A stretch of DNA of 64,000 nucleotides from an uncultured Dehalococcoidia bacterium (GCA_964570875.1 CAZMZE010000012.1:73948-137947), one strand, 5' to 3'; shown: positions 8,743 to 18,421, counted from the stretch's first letter. The notes: a model not told the origin generated them from the letters alone. A program made the numbers and translations.

Positions 8743-10062
8743 TTAAATAATCTGATCCTCTCTTAACGACTGAACCGCATTTTCAAATGCTTTTACTGTA
8801 CGATCGATATCTTCTTTTTGGTGAGCAGAAGATGTGATGAATCCAATTCCTCCCATCATGTCGACCCCTTCATTCAACATTGCGAGCTTCAGCATTTGTG
8901 AAGTTGCTCCAGAAGTAGCATCTGCCAGAGATTGATGAGATTTCGTACAAATTTCACCCGGGCAATCACATTCTATGCCAAGTGCAACGTGTACTATTGA
9001 TGCAATGCCGTGAACATGTCCCGTAACTTCGGTTTTTATCAAAGCTTCTCGCAATCCCTGTTTTAGCAGAGTAGCTGCATCATCTGCTTTTTGATTCACA
9101 TTGTCGGCTATGATGGTTTCCAGCATGGCTATACCAGCTGCTGCTGAAACGGGGTTGGCATTATAGGTTCCAGGGTGAGCCATTCTTAAATCAGGATTAT
9201 CGCTTCCAATTATTCCCATGATTTCAGATTTACCGGCAACTGCTCCACCAGGTAAGCCTCCAGCCACTATTTTAGCCATAGTGGTGATGTCAGGATCAAT
9301 ATTGAATCTTTGCTGAGCTCCTCCCTGAGATATCCGAAATCCACAAATTACTTCGTCCATTATTAGCAGTACGTTATTGGCAGAGGTGACAGAACGTAAT
9401 TTTTGCAGGAATTCTGGATTTTGCAGAGGGAATTGGCCCCAATGCCCTCCTGTGGGTTCTAAAATTACGGCCGCAATATCATCACTGGTATTTAATAGGT
9501 TTTCCACAGTATTCAGGTCTGGCTCTATCACTATTACAGTTGATAAAGTTTCTCCAGGTATGCCAGATTGAGTGTTTATGCCGGATTGTGGTGATGCATA
9601 ATCGTGCCATCCATGAAAGTGCTCTCGGAATTTGACAACCTTGGTTTTTCCTGTAAATGCTCTCGCCAACCTCATTGCCAGTAGTGTTGACTCAGTACCT
9701 GAAGCGGTAAACCTTACTAATTCAGCAGAAGGTATGAGCTTTTGCACTAACTCTGCCCATTGAAATTCAAGTGAGGAGATCGTGCCCATATGTGTACCCA
9801 TGTTGACTCTCTCGGATAAAGCACTTGTGATGGCGGGGTGCGAGTGACCCAGCAAGAGAGCGCCAAAACCCATCATGTAGTCGATAAGCTCATTACCGTC
9901 TACATCCCATTTTTTTGTTCCATGAGCTTCATCTACATAGATGGGGTGAGGGTGTACAATTCTGGATTGATGTCCTCCACCAGCCACCGTCCCCGCGGCT
10001 CGTGTGTACATTGCCCCAGAATTACGGAATTTCTCTGAGTACTGCTGAATAATTTTAGACAT
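8743..10062 (-). CDS. class-III (GSA-aminomutase-like) PLP aminotransferase, paralog B
   Basis: Same motif set as paralog A (GHSHP, SGTESTLLAMRLAR, MDEVICGFR, TMAKIVAGGLPGGA). The ORF track starts at TTG 10068. The ATG at 10062 sits 8 nt after AAGGAG, so I prefer it as the start. Confidence 0.85.
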   Translation of the reverse strand: MSKIIQQYSEKFRNSGAMYTRAAGTVAGGGHQSRIVHPHPIYVDEAHGTKKWDVDGNELIDYMMGFGALLLGHSHPAITSALSERVNMGTHMGTISSLEFQWAELVQKLIPSAELVRFTASGTESTLLAMRLARAFTGKTKVVKFREHFHGWHDYASPQSGINTQSGIPGETLSTVIVIEPDLNTVENLLNTSDDIAAVILEPTGGHWGQFPLQNPEFLQKLRSVTSANNVLLIMDEVICGFRISQGGAQQRFNIDPDITTMAKIVAGGLPGGAVAGKSEIMGIIGSDNPDLRMAHPGTYNANPVSAAAGIAMLETIIADNVNQKADDAATLLKQGLREALIKTEVTGHVHGIASIVHVALGIECDCPGEICTKSHQSLADATSGATSQMLKLAMLNEGVDMMGGIGFITSSAHQKEDIDRTVKAFENAVQSLREDQII

Positions 10063-10564
10063 TCTCAAGACTCCTTTCCTCTGTGCAAATATATTTGATT
10101 GGATGAAGAATGAAGCTAGATTCTAACATTAATACCAGTAAGACTGACATAGGTGTTGATTAGCAGGTTTTATCAGATCATGCATCAATAGCTTCTGCCT
10201 CCAAATTCTTAGGTGGAAACCAAAAAGAAAAGGCAATCTTATGCAATAATTTTGCAAATTGATCTAGGAGTGAGCATGGGATTTTGTATGGTAGGATTGC
10301 CCAGTAATAAACTTCAGGATTTAATGAAGGGTATATTACAGGCATGTTTATGATTTCCATGAATTGAGGGGCGATGTAAGTCTTGAGCGTAGAGATGATT
10401 TTCAAAGACTCCTACAATTGGGAATTACCAAACATTTCCAAACTGTCGGGTGCTCGGATTTGAATGGCTATCAAAGTGTCTGTAACCAGAAATAGACATT
10501 GTATTGACATGGATACAGATGATTGATCGCGAATAGGTATATGGATATTTCTAGGAGGTGGAGA

Positions 10565-11590
10565 ATGAGCGAATTACATAAAAGAACTATGGATTTATAC
10601 AATGATTCAGTTGTCATTGATGGGTTAAACGTGAGCAATTGGGATAGCCCTGCTGTTTTTCGCAGTTTGAATTCTGGTGGCGTGACAGCAATCAATGCCA
10701 CTGTAGCGACCTGGGAAAATTATGATGAAACCATAAAATCCATAACTCAATGGAAGGCAAAGTTTGAGTCCAGTAAGCAGATGATATCCAAGGTTACAAG
10801 TACAGATGACATATTGGACTGCAAACGGACAGGTACGACAGGAATAATTCTAGGTTTTCAGAATGCTTCTCCAATAGAAAATGATTTAGATAATTTAGCA
10901 ACTTTCTATGATATGGGAGTTCGAATCATACAGGTCACCTATCATGAGCGGAATCTTCTGGGAAATGGTTGTTATGAAAGAAGAGATGATGGATTGAGTA
11001 GTTTTGGTATCGAGGCTGTGAAAGAGATGAATCGTCTCGGAATACTTATGGATTTATCTCACGTCGGTATTAAAACTACCATTGATACTATTGAAATATC
11101 TGACAATCCCGTTTCCTGTACTCATGCTAATTCCAAGGAATACTATGATGTTCCCAGAAACAAGGCTGGTGACGCACTAAAGTTGTTGGCGGAAAAAGGT
11201 GGTGTAGTTGGAGCTACTTGCATTACTTCATTTTTGCAGTCGGGTCGAACATCAAATCTACGGGACTATGTAGAAGCAATAGATAGATTGGTTGATTCAA
11301 TAGGAGTGGACCACGTTGGTATTGGGACGGATTTCACTCAAGATCAGCCAGTATCATTCTGGCGTTACATAAGTTCTCAACAGGGAACACAATATCCCGC
11401 AACTTTTATCGACCCAGAACAGAAATGGATGGTTAATGATCCGACTTTGTATCCAGCCGAACTACAAACCCCAGATGACTTTAGAAATATTGCATCAGGC
11501 TTGCATGATTTGGGATACAAGCCTGATGATATCAAGAAGATTCTTGGAGATAATTGGCTGCGTTTATTTGATCAGGTATGGAGCGAGTGA
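10565..11590 (+). CDS. membrane-dipeptidase family (peptidase M19) protein
   Basis: DGLNVSNW..., GFQNASPIEN, YHERNLLGNG and DLSHVG are typical of renal-dipeptidase-type metallopeptidases. The ORF track starts at 10523. AGGAGGTG at 10553-10560 favours the ATG at 10565. Confidence 0.85.
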   Translation: MSELHKRTMDLYNDSVVIDGLNVSNWDSPAVFRSLNSGGVTAINATVATWENYDETIKSITQWKAKFESSKQMISKVTSTDDILDCKRTGTTGIILGFQNASPIENDLDNLATFYDMGVRIIQVTYHERNLLGNGCYERRDDGLSSFGIEAVKEMNRLGILMDLSHVGIKTTIDTIEISDNPVSCTHANSKEYYDVPRNKAGDALKLLAEKGGVVGATCITSFLQSGRTSNLRDYVEAIDRLVDSIGVDHVGIGTDFTQDQPVSFWRYISSQQGTQYPATFIDPEQKWMVNDPTLYPAELQTPDDFRNIASGLHDLGYKPDDIKKILGDNWLRLFDQVWSE

Positions 11591-11630
11591 GTACCTATTG
11601 GTCAAGCGATCATCAATTATAGATGGCTCA

Positions 11631-12809
11631 TCATATCAATGTTTTCCAAGGCCTATATAGTTTTCCAGCTTTTATTGTATTAACGTGAGCGAGTCTTTGA
11701 CTGCCATATATAGATTTCCCAGGTTCCCATCTAGAACTACCTAGTTTAGTAGCTTTAGAAAGCCTATCGTGAAACTCGAACTTGCCTTCTTCTATGCGCA
11801 TGAGAGTCACATCTCCATCAAATCCGGGCTTCAGAGACCCGATTTTTGCCTCCTTGCCCATTGTTTTAGCTGGGGCAATGGTAGAGCGTTCGATGACTTC
11901 GTAAATAGACATTCCCAAATTCATAAATTTCGACATTGTTGTGGCTAGATCGAAAACAGGTCCTTCAATATTATGAATGTGAAGATCACTACTAATTGTT
12001 CCTGGAAAAATACCACTATCTAGAGCTTTTTCAGCAGAGCGAAATGAGAAACCGCCTGATCCATGTCCTACGTCTATGATAATTCCCCTTGTCTGGGCTT
12101 CTTTCATTGCCTTAATGATCTCCCCAGATTCATCTAAAATTCCATCGCCAAATCCATGGAACGAGTGAGTTACAGCATCACCGGGCCTTAACATGTCCAT
12201 CAAAATAGGGAGTGGGGTGGAACTATTACCGACATGTATCATCACAAATCCGTTCAGCAACTCGGCAGCTTCAATAGCTCGCTTAAGTGCTTCACGGTCA
12301 TTATTAGCGGCTTGGACTCTTCCTAACCTCGCCTTGATTCCGACCACTCGATCCTGATTTTGGAGACCTGTTTTGACTGTGTGTAGCACATCCGCCCTAT
12401 TCAAATCATGTAATTCAGAATCGTCGTGGAATACCATGCCAGAAGTTGCAATATTGAGGAGAGCATATATTGATGTTTTTGAACGATCTATAATATGGGA
12501 TCTGAATGCAGGGAAAGTCGATGCTCCGGCAGAACCGGCATCTACTACGGTCGTAACTCCTTTTGATATATTGCCTGCGTCTGGTTCAATCCCGTAAGTT
12601 GAGCCACCCCAGAATGCGTGCACGTGTAGATCAATCAGGCCTGGTACAACTATCAATCCTTTTGCATCAACAACTTCATGAGCAGTAGGGTTTTTCGTTG
12701 ACAATGGAATCTGTGCAATTTTCCCGTTTTCAATAGCTATGTCGCGAATCTCATGTAAACCCTGCGCGGGATCGATTACGGTGCCACCTTTTATCAGAAT
12801 GTCGTACAA
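11631..12809 (-). CDS. amidohydrolase-superfamily metallohydrolase (deacylase/dihydroorotase-like)
   Basis: 392 aa. N-terminal IKGGTVIDP...GLIDLHVHAF (HxH metal motif) and later DVGHG. TTG start 8 nt after GGAGG. Confidence 0.8.
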   Translation of the reverse strand: MYDILIKGGTVIDPAQGLHEIRDIAIENGKIAQIPLSTKNPTAHEVVDAKGLIVVPGLIDLHVHAFWGGSTYGIEPDAGNISKGVTTVVDAGSAGASTFPAFRSHIIDRSKTSIYALLNIATSGMVFHDDSELHDLNRADVLHTVKTGLQNQDRVVGIKARLGRVQAANNDREALKRAIEAAELLNGFVMIHVGNSSTPLPILMDMLRPGDAVTHSFHGFGDGILDESGEIIKAMKEAQTRGIIIDVGHGSGGFSFRSAEKALDSGIFPGTISSDLHIHNIEGPVFDLATTMSKFMNLGMSIYEVIERSTIAPAKTMGKEAKIGSLKPGFDGDVTLMRIEEGKFEFHDRLSKATKLGSSRWEPGKSIYGSQRLAHVNTIKAGKLYRPWKTLI

Positions 12810-12926
12810 AATCCTTGCCTCCTTTCAGTGTTATCAGGTTTAGGTACTAGCAATGTCAGCAAAAATTTTCCCTTAGCAATCGATGTACATAGGGCCGCAA
12901 TGAGAAGAAATTTAAGAACAGCTTCC

Positions 12927-13745
12927 TCAATTTGCTTCTCGTGGAAGGATACTCTGGTTCATTGCCCACTGTGGATAATAATTGTAAACAGGCGTGTTTT
13001 TGTCAGGCTGCCCAAGTTGTTGGGGAGGTACTCTGAATGAACCGTTCACGCCCTGTAGATTACTCATTAAGTATTGTAGCCCCACGGACCGCAGTGTACG
13101 GGCGGACGGTACATTGAAATACCCTACACTGGCCATTACAATTTTATTGTTTTCCAGTATCCAATCTGCTGCTGCGGCAACTACAGCATGACCTAGGCCA
13201 CGCCCTTTGGCATCTGGCGATACGTCCATTCCTATTTCCCACACGGAACCCTTGTCACAAACAGTCGCCAGGGCAACCAACAGCCCATCCTCATAAATCC
13301 CGAAACGACCGATTGAGTCAACGATATCCGTGTGCCAAAATACATCCTGATCCATGTTGCTCAATTCTGTTTTGGAGAGGAATTCCACTCTCACATCTTT
13401 GCTGGGATTCATGCTTTCTTTATCTCCGAATAACAACCAAGTTGGGCCCCATATTCCAAAGCCTGAAGGCAAAGTAACCCTGGCGAGATCACAGCATCCT
13501 AGCGGTGAGAATAGCAGATCAGGATGCATATTTTTGATAGAATCTTGAACCTTGTCTTGGAGGTAATCTCGCGTGACTATTACTGCTTCGTCTCCGATTT
13601 TGAGTGCAATCAACGGAAATTTCTCTTGGATATTTGGCTCAATCGCAGTGACGGGAATTGGACTAACTCCCATTTTTGATATAGATATTTGAAAATATTC
13701 ACCAACCCATTGCTCTAATGCATTAACCATTTTCTTGTCGTACAT
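12927..13745 (-). CDS. GNAT-family N-acetyltransferase with extra N-terminal domain
   Basis: 272 aa. The C-terminal half has an acetyl-CoA-binding motif-A-like KGRGLGHAVVAAAADWI. The N-terminal ~140 aa has no motif I recognise. Confidence 0.6.
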   Translation of the reverse strand: MYDKKMVNALEQWVGEYFQISISKMGVSPIPVTAIEPNIQEKFPLIALKIGDEAVIVTRDYLQDKVQDSIKNMHPDLLFSPLGCCDLARVTLPSGFGIWGPTWLLFGDKESMNPSKDVRVEFLSKTELSNMDQDVFWHTDIVDSIGRFGIYEDGLLVALATVCDKGSVWEIGMDVSPDAKGRGLGHAVVAAAADWILENNKIVMASVGYFNVPSARTLRSVGLQYLMSNLQGVNGSFRVPPQQLGQPDKNTPVYNYYPQWAMNQSILPREAN

Positions 13746-13819
13746 GGGTAAGAATTCCTTTTATGGGTGGTTTGATTGGCCGATAATCATTAATTCTATT
13801 CAGTGTTAATCTTTAAATA

Positions 13820-13848
13820 TTGACAATACTAGACTAGAACTCTAATGT
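13820..13848 (+). promoter_or_regulatory. sigma70-like promoter candidate for the NifU-like gene
   Basis: TTGACA (13820-13825), a 17-nt spacer, then TAATGT (13843-13848), about 60 nt upstream of the ATG at 13909. Confidence 0.3.
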
Positions 13849-13908
13849 GTCGAGTGTAGATAGGTCTAGTGTCTGAGTCAATTAAAGATTACATTTTGGG
13901 GTATATTT

Positions 13909-14139
13909 ATGGATGCCAAAGTGAAATTCGTTATCGATAATATACAGGGCGTAGTCGGTTCTGAAGGAGGCTCTGTTGAATTTGTTGGAATGAGTGCGGG
14001 AAAGCTCACTGTTCGTTATAACAAAGGCCGTAACGACGAATGTCCAGAGTGCGTTCCAGACCATGAACTGGTTAATTTGATGTTGAAAAATTCAGCCAGC
14101 ATCTACGCTCCGAGTGTGACACACGTAGAGCTTCTATAA
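13909..14139 (+). CDS. small NifU-C-terminal-like (Nfu-type) protein
   Basis: 76 aa. GGSVEFVGMSAGKLTVRYNKG...CPEC resembles the Nfu/NifU C-terminal domain with a CxxC pair. Confidence 0.55.
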   Translation: MDAKVKFVIDNIQGVVGSEGGSVEFVGMSAGKLTVRYNKGRNDECPECVPDHELVNLMLKNSASIYAPSVTHVELL

Positions 14140-14174
14140 AACATGCTAGTAATGATTCATTTGGGCTGAGCGCT

Positions 14175-16298
14175 TTAATTTTCTCCGAATTGTTCTATTT
14201 CTTTCTTCATAGCTTCGGGTAGATCTTCGGGCACTTTTCCTGCCTTCAGTTTTGCTGACTGAACATGTTCTCTGATCTCTTCGACTACTTCGGGGTTTGC
14301 AAGCGTTGTAACGTCACCGACGTCCACGAAATTTGATATGCTGGCAATCACCCTCCTCATTATTTTCCCGGATCTTGTTTTTGGCAGATCTGACGTTATC
14401 CAAACCTCAGATGGACGGGCTATAGGGCCAATAATAGTAGAAATCGCCTTTTTAACAAGCGACTCTATACTTGATGGATCTACACCTGGTTTTAAAGATA
14501 CGTACAATTCAGGAACCCGGCCTTTCAATTCATCGAAAGCCGGAACTGCTGCCGCTTCACCAATCTCGGTAACGGTAAGTGCAGCAGATTCTAACTCTTT
14601 AGTACCTAGTCGATGTCCGGCCACGTTGATCACATCGTCTACCCTGCCTACTACTCGTATATAACCATCTGCTCCTTGAGTTCCGCCATCACCTGTTACG
14701 TACGGCCAGTCTTCCCAGTTTTTGCTACCATGTTTTGCATATTTCCCATAGTATGTTTCAACGAATCTGTCAGGATCACCGTAGATGGTTTGCATTCTCC
14801 CTGGCCACGGGTTGCTCATACACACGTTTCCTGCTTTACCAGATCCTGGTTCGATGATGTTACCATCGTCATCAAGGATGACAGGGACAATTCCGAGTGC
14901 ACCAGGCCCACAGCTTCCTGGTTTCATTGGCTGTAAGGCTGGCAAAGTTGTTCCGAGAAAGCCACCGGTTTCAGTTTGCCAGTAAGTATCTACGACAGCT
15001 GCTTGCCCTTTACCCACGACATCATAGTACCATCTCCAAACTTCAGGCTCGATAGGTTCACCTACAGTAGTCATGTGTTTAAATGCGTAGTCATATTTTG
15101 CCGGTTCCTCAGGCCCTGCCTTTCTCAGCATGCGAATCGTTGTAGGAGCGGTATGAAAAATGTTTACACCTAAGCGCTGGGCTATTCTCCATGGCCTTCC
15201 AGCATCTGGATAATTAGGCACTCCTTCAAAAAGCACACTGCTAGCTCCTACGGATAGCGGGCCATACACAATATAGGAGTGACCCGTAATCCATCCGATA
15301 TCGGCCATACACCAATACACATCTTCCGGATGGATGTCTTGATAATATTTCGTAGTGCCCGTCACGTAGGCCATGTAGCCGCCAGTGCTGTGTTGGCAGC
15401 CTTTGGGTTTAGCCGTGGTTCCACTCGTATACATTAAGAACAATGGATGATCCGATGGTAGAGAAACAGGGTCTATCCTTTGTCCTCTATATTTGTTAAT
15501 AAGGTCGTTAACGTAAAAATCTCGGCCATCCTTCATTTCCGTGGGTGATGAGATTTTGCCAGGGTAACGTTGCCAAACAAGGACTTTGTCAACCTCCACT
15601 CCCCCGGTTTTTGCCTGTTCTACCGCTTCGTCAGCTTTTATTTTATGATCAAGTAAAGTGCCACCTCGATAGTACGCATCGGAAGTTATTAAAATGTGGC
15701 TTTCTGAGTCAACTATGCGATCCCCGCATGCTGAACCACTGAATCCGCCAAATACTTGGGAGTGAGTCACTCCAAGTCTGGCTAGTGCAAGCATGGTTAC
15801 CGGCAGCTCGGGCACCATAGGCATGTGTAGAGTAACTCGATCGCCAGTTTTGACTCCTGCGAAATCTTTTAAAAGTGCCGCGAATTCGTTGACCATAACC
15901 CATAATTCCCTGTATGAAATGACGCGGTCTGGCTCTTCTTCAATTTCAGATACCCAGGTGAAAGCAACTTTATTCCCGTTTTTCTCCAGATGTCTGTCAA
16001 CGCAGTTGTACGAAGCATTAAGCTTGCCTCCGACAAACCAATTGAAAAAAGGAGGATTGGAAGAGTCTAACGTCGTGTGCCAATATTGATCCCAATCTAA
16101 CAAATCAGCATATTCTCGATAGCACTCAGGAAAATTATCAGGGTTGAATCGGTCCAATACTCTTGGATCTGCCATGTTGGCTTGTCCTACGAATCCAGTT
16201 GCCGGATATATGAATTCTTCTTCTTTCCAGTGCGATGCTATTTGAGCTTCGCTGACATCTGTTTTCTCATTTGAGTTTGACACAGGTTTTGCCTCCAT
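14175..16298 (-). CDS. acs: acetyl-CoA synthetase (AMP-forming acyl-CoA ligase)
   Basis: 707 aa. AMP-binding motif YTSGTTAKPKG, WWQTETGG-like YWQTETGG, and C-terminal PKTRSGKIMRR with the conserved regulatory and catalytic Lys. The tail after that Lys is 62 aa. Confidence 0.85.
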   Translation of the reverse strand: MEAKPVSNSNEKTDVSEAQIASHWKEEEFIYPATGFVGQANMADPRVLDRFNPDNFPECYREYADLLDWDQYWHTTLDSSNPPFFNWFVGGKLNASYNCVDRHLEKNGNKVAFTWVSEIEEEPDRVISYRELWVMVNEFAALLKDFAGVKTGDRVTLHMPMVPELPVTMLALARLGVTHSQVFGGFSGSACGDRIVDSESHILITSDAYYRGGTLLDHKIKADEAVEQAKTGGVEVDKVLVWQRYPGKISSPTEMKDGRDFYVNDLINKYRGQRIDPVSLPSDHPLFLMYTSGTTAKPKGCQHSTGGYMAYVTGTTKYYQDIHPEDVYWCMADIGWITGHSYIVYGPLSVGASSVLFEGVPNYPDAGRPWRIAQRLGVNIFHTAPTTIRMLRKAGPEEPAKYDYAFKHMTTVGEPIEPEVWRWYYDVVGKGQAAVVDTYWQTETGGFLGTTLPALQPMKPGSCGPGALGIVPVILDDDGNIIEPGSGKAGNVCMSNPWPGRMQTIYGDPDRFVETYYGKYAKHGSKNWEDWPYVTGDGGTQGADGYIRVVGRVDDVINVAGHRLGTKELESAALTVTEIGEAAAVPAFDELKGRVPELYVSLKPGVDPSSIESLVKKAISTIIGPIARPSEVWITSDLPKTRSGKIMRRVIASISNFVDVGDVTTLANPEVVEEIREHVQSAKLKAGKVPEDLPEAMKKEIEQFGEN

Positions 16299-16731
16299 GT
16301 TTTCTGTTAATCAAGCTATCGTATGTGTCGATCATCACATCGACATCTTGTTCGAAACATTGCCGTAAAATGCATGTTTGTAAATCACTCTAAAACTATA
16401 TACAGTAAATTCATTAGGCTAGACAGCATATCAGCGCTTATAGCTCCTTTCAACTCCAAGCTTGGTTACAACACCGTATAATTTGTTAACGCTGATCTTA
16501 GTTACTAAAACTGAAGTAGATTCATCCAATATACAGTGTCTTTATATGTGCGTTTGAGTCCAGTTTTAGCTCAACTCATAAACCTTTATGGGTCATTTCA
16601 TGAACTCCGCAATTTTGTTAATTTAACTTGAAATACAATTAGCAACTTGTTTAGACTTTTAGACCAGATGATCAATTCACTGTAAATTAATTTAACCAAG
16701 AAGTAGTTTTGACAGTGTTCTAGGATTAAAA

Positions 16732-17598
16732 ATGAAAATTAGTAGCACAGGAGTACCTTTGCCGGAAAGGCATGAGGTCAAGGTTAGAGATATTAATTTC
16801 AATTACGTTGAATGGAAAGGCAGTGGTCCGCAAATTTTGATGCTGCATGGTGATATGCGGACGGGTAGAAGCTTTGACGCTATGTCTAGGGAGCTGAATG
16901 GAAGATACAATGTTATTGCTATAGATGCACGTGGCTATGGCGATAGTGATTGGCCAGAAACAGGTTACACCATAGCCGACAGAGTTGAAGATCTGAGCTC
17001 TTTCTGTAAAGCGACAAGAATAACCAATGCTATTGGTATTGGACACTCTCTTGGCGGAGGAATCATGTCGCTTTGTAGCAATAGATATGAGGAGATTTTT
17101 CAAACATTGATCCTGCTCGAGCCGGATTTTGTGTTTGACGAGGATTTTTACCATCGAGCTTTGTCTCGCTCAAGTAGACAACATCGTAGTTGGAAGGACC
17201 GTGAACATCTAAAGGGTTATTTAAAAAAGCATAAAATAGCCAGCAGATGGAGAGAAGACGTCATAGAAGATGTGATTGCACATGAAACACAGGATTTACA
17301 TGATGGATCAATCGCTATGAAGTGGTCTATGAAAACATTTGAACTAGATAACGGATCCGCCACATTTTACGATTTGAGGCCAGAGTTTAGAGCAACCAGT
17401 AAGCCTATTCTATTTATTTTAAGCGAGGATAATCAACAATATTATTCCGATTTGAGCAACATAGCTCGAGGAAAACCTGGAATCAAATCAATAGTTATCA
17501 ACGGTGCTGGTCACAACATGTACATGGAAAAACCAGACATTGTAGCTAAAGTCATCGACTCCTATCTGACTGGAGGTTCATTACCCAGTGTTGTTTGA
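16732..17598 (+). CDS. alpha/beta-fold hydrolase
   Basis: 288 aa. HG oxyanion motif (MLHGDMRTG), nucleophile elbow GHSLGG, C-terminal GAGHNMYMEKP histidine. Confidence 0.8.
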   Translation: MKISSTGVPLPERHEVKVRDINFNYVEWKGSGPQILMLHGDMRTGRSFDAMSRELNGRYNVIAIDARGYGDSDWPETGYTIADRVEDLSSFCKATRITNAIGIGHSLGGGIMSLCSNRYEEIFQTLILLEPDFVFDEDFYHRALSRSSRQHRSWKDREHLKGYLKKHKIASRWREDVIEDVIAHETQDLHDGSIAMKWSMKTFELDNGSATFYDLRPEFRATSKPILFILSEDNQQYYSDLSNIARGKPGIKSIVINGAGHNMYMEKPDIVAKVIDSYLTGGSLPSVV

Positions 17599-17674
17599 GG
17601 CCGTCCCGTGACTGTCATAAGTTTGCATTGGGCATTGTTTTGATGTGAATGTCTGATTAACATACACTACAAAT

Positions 17675-18421
17675 TTAGCTGCGGAGAGATACTCCTCCGT
17701 CGACTGTTATTACCTGACCTCGGACCATTTCAGCATCATCGGTACATAGGAAGGCTACCATCTTGGCTATGTCTTGTGCCTCAACGGGCCTACCAGGCAG
17801 GGTTTGGTCACCAGCTTTAAGCATGTCTTCTCGATTCGGGAAATGTTCTAGGGCATTGGTATTGACGTATCCACCGGATACAGCGTTAACTGATATGTCT
17901 TTCGGTGCAAGCTCGACTGCTAAGTATCTTGTCATGGATTCTAGGGCAGCCTTCGACGTACCGACTGAAAAATAGTAAGGCAGTACTTTGGACGATCCCT
18001 GACTAGTAATATTGATAATATTACCGCCTTTATCCATAAGGTGAGAGGCATGTATTGAACACATCCAAGCTGCCTTAGCATTGACATTCATAGTCCATTC
18101 CCAGTGCTTTTCTGTTAAATCCGATGCTGATCTTTGTATTCCCGATGCAGCATTATTAACTAATATGTCTAGGGTTTTGAATTCTTTTTCTATCGTTTCA
18201 AATATAGAGATTAATTTAGAGCTATCTGCGATATTTGCTCTTATTCGCACACATTGCACCCCGAGTGATTCTATTTCTTTCTGCGTCTCTAAAGCTGCAG
18301 AGTCGCTGCGGAAATAGTTAAATGCAATATGCGCTCCACGATTAGCCAACTCAACCGCGATAGCTTTACCTATACCGCGGGATCCGCCTGTTACGAATGC
18401 ATATTTGCCAATGAAAGACAT
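17675..18421 (-). CDS. SDR-family enoyl-ACP reductase, FabL-like
   Basis: 248 aa. TGGSRGIGKA cofactor motif. The active-site spacing is Y-x6-K (YFSVGTSK), the enoyl-reductase type, rather than the classical YxxxK. It lies directly downstream of fabG. Confidence 0.6.
   Translation of the reverse strand: MSFIGKYAFVTGGSRGIGKAIAVELANRGAHIAFNYFRSDSAALETQKEIESLGVQCVRIRANIADSSKLISIFETIEKEFKTLDILVNNAASGIQRSASDLTEKHWEWTMNVNAKAAWMCSIHASHLMDKGGNIINITSQGSSKVLPYYFSVGTSKAALESMTRYLAVELAPKDISVNAVSGGYVNTNALEHFPNREDMLKAGDQTLPGRPVEAQDIAKMVAFLCTDDAEMVRGQVITVDGGVSLRS

Noticed and set aside
13882-14064. 60-aa minus-strand ORF overlapping the NifU-like gene.
   Set aside because: The plus-strand frame has a recognisable Nfu-type pattern, an upstream promoter-like element and a sensible start. 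The minus-strand product is featureless.
16726-17154. 142-aa minus-strand ORF overlapping the alpha/beta hydrolase gene. Comparable shadow ORFs lie opposite the Tdh-like gene (7762-8187) and the PIG-L gene (23927-24292).
   Set aside because: The opposite-strand genes carry complete catalytic motif sets (GHSLGG plus His; Zn-ADH motifs; PIG-L motifs). The shadow ORFs have none.
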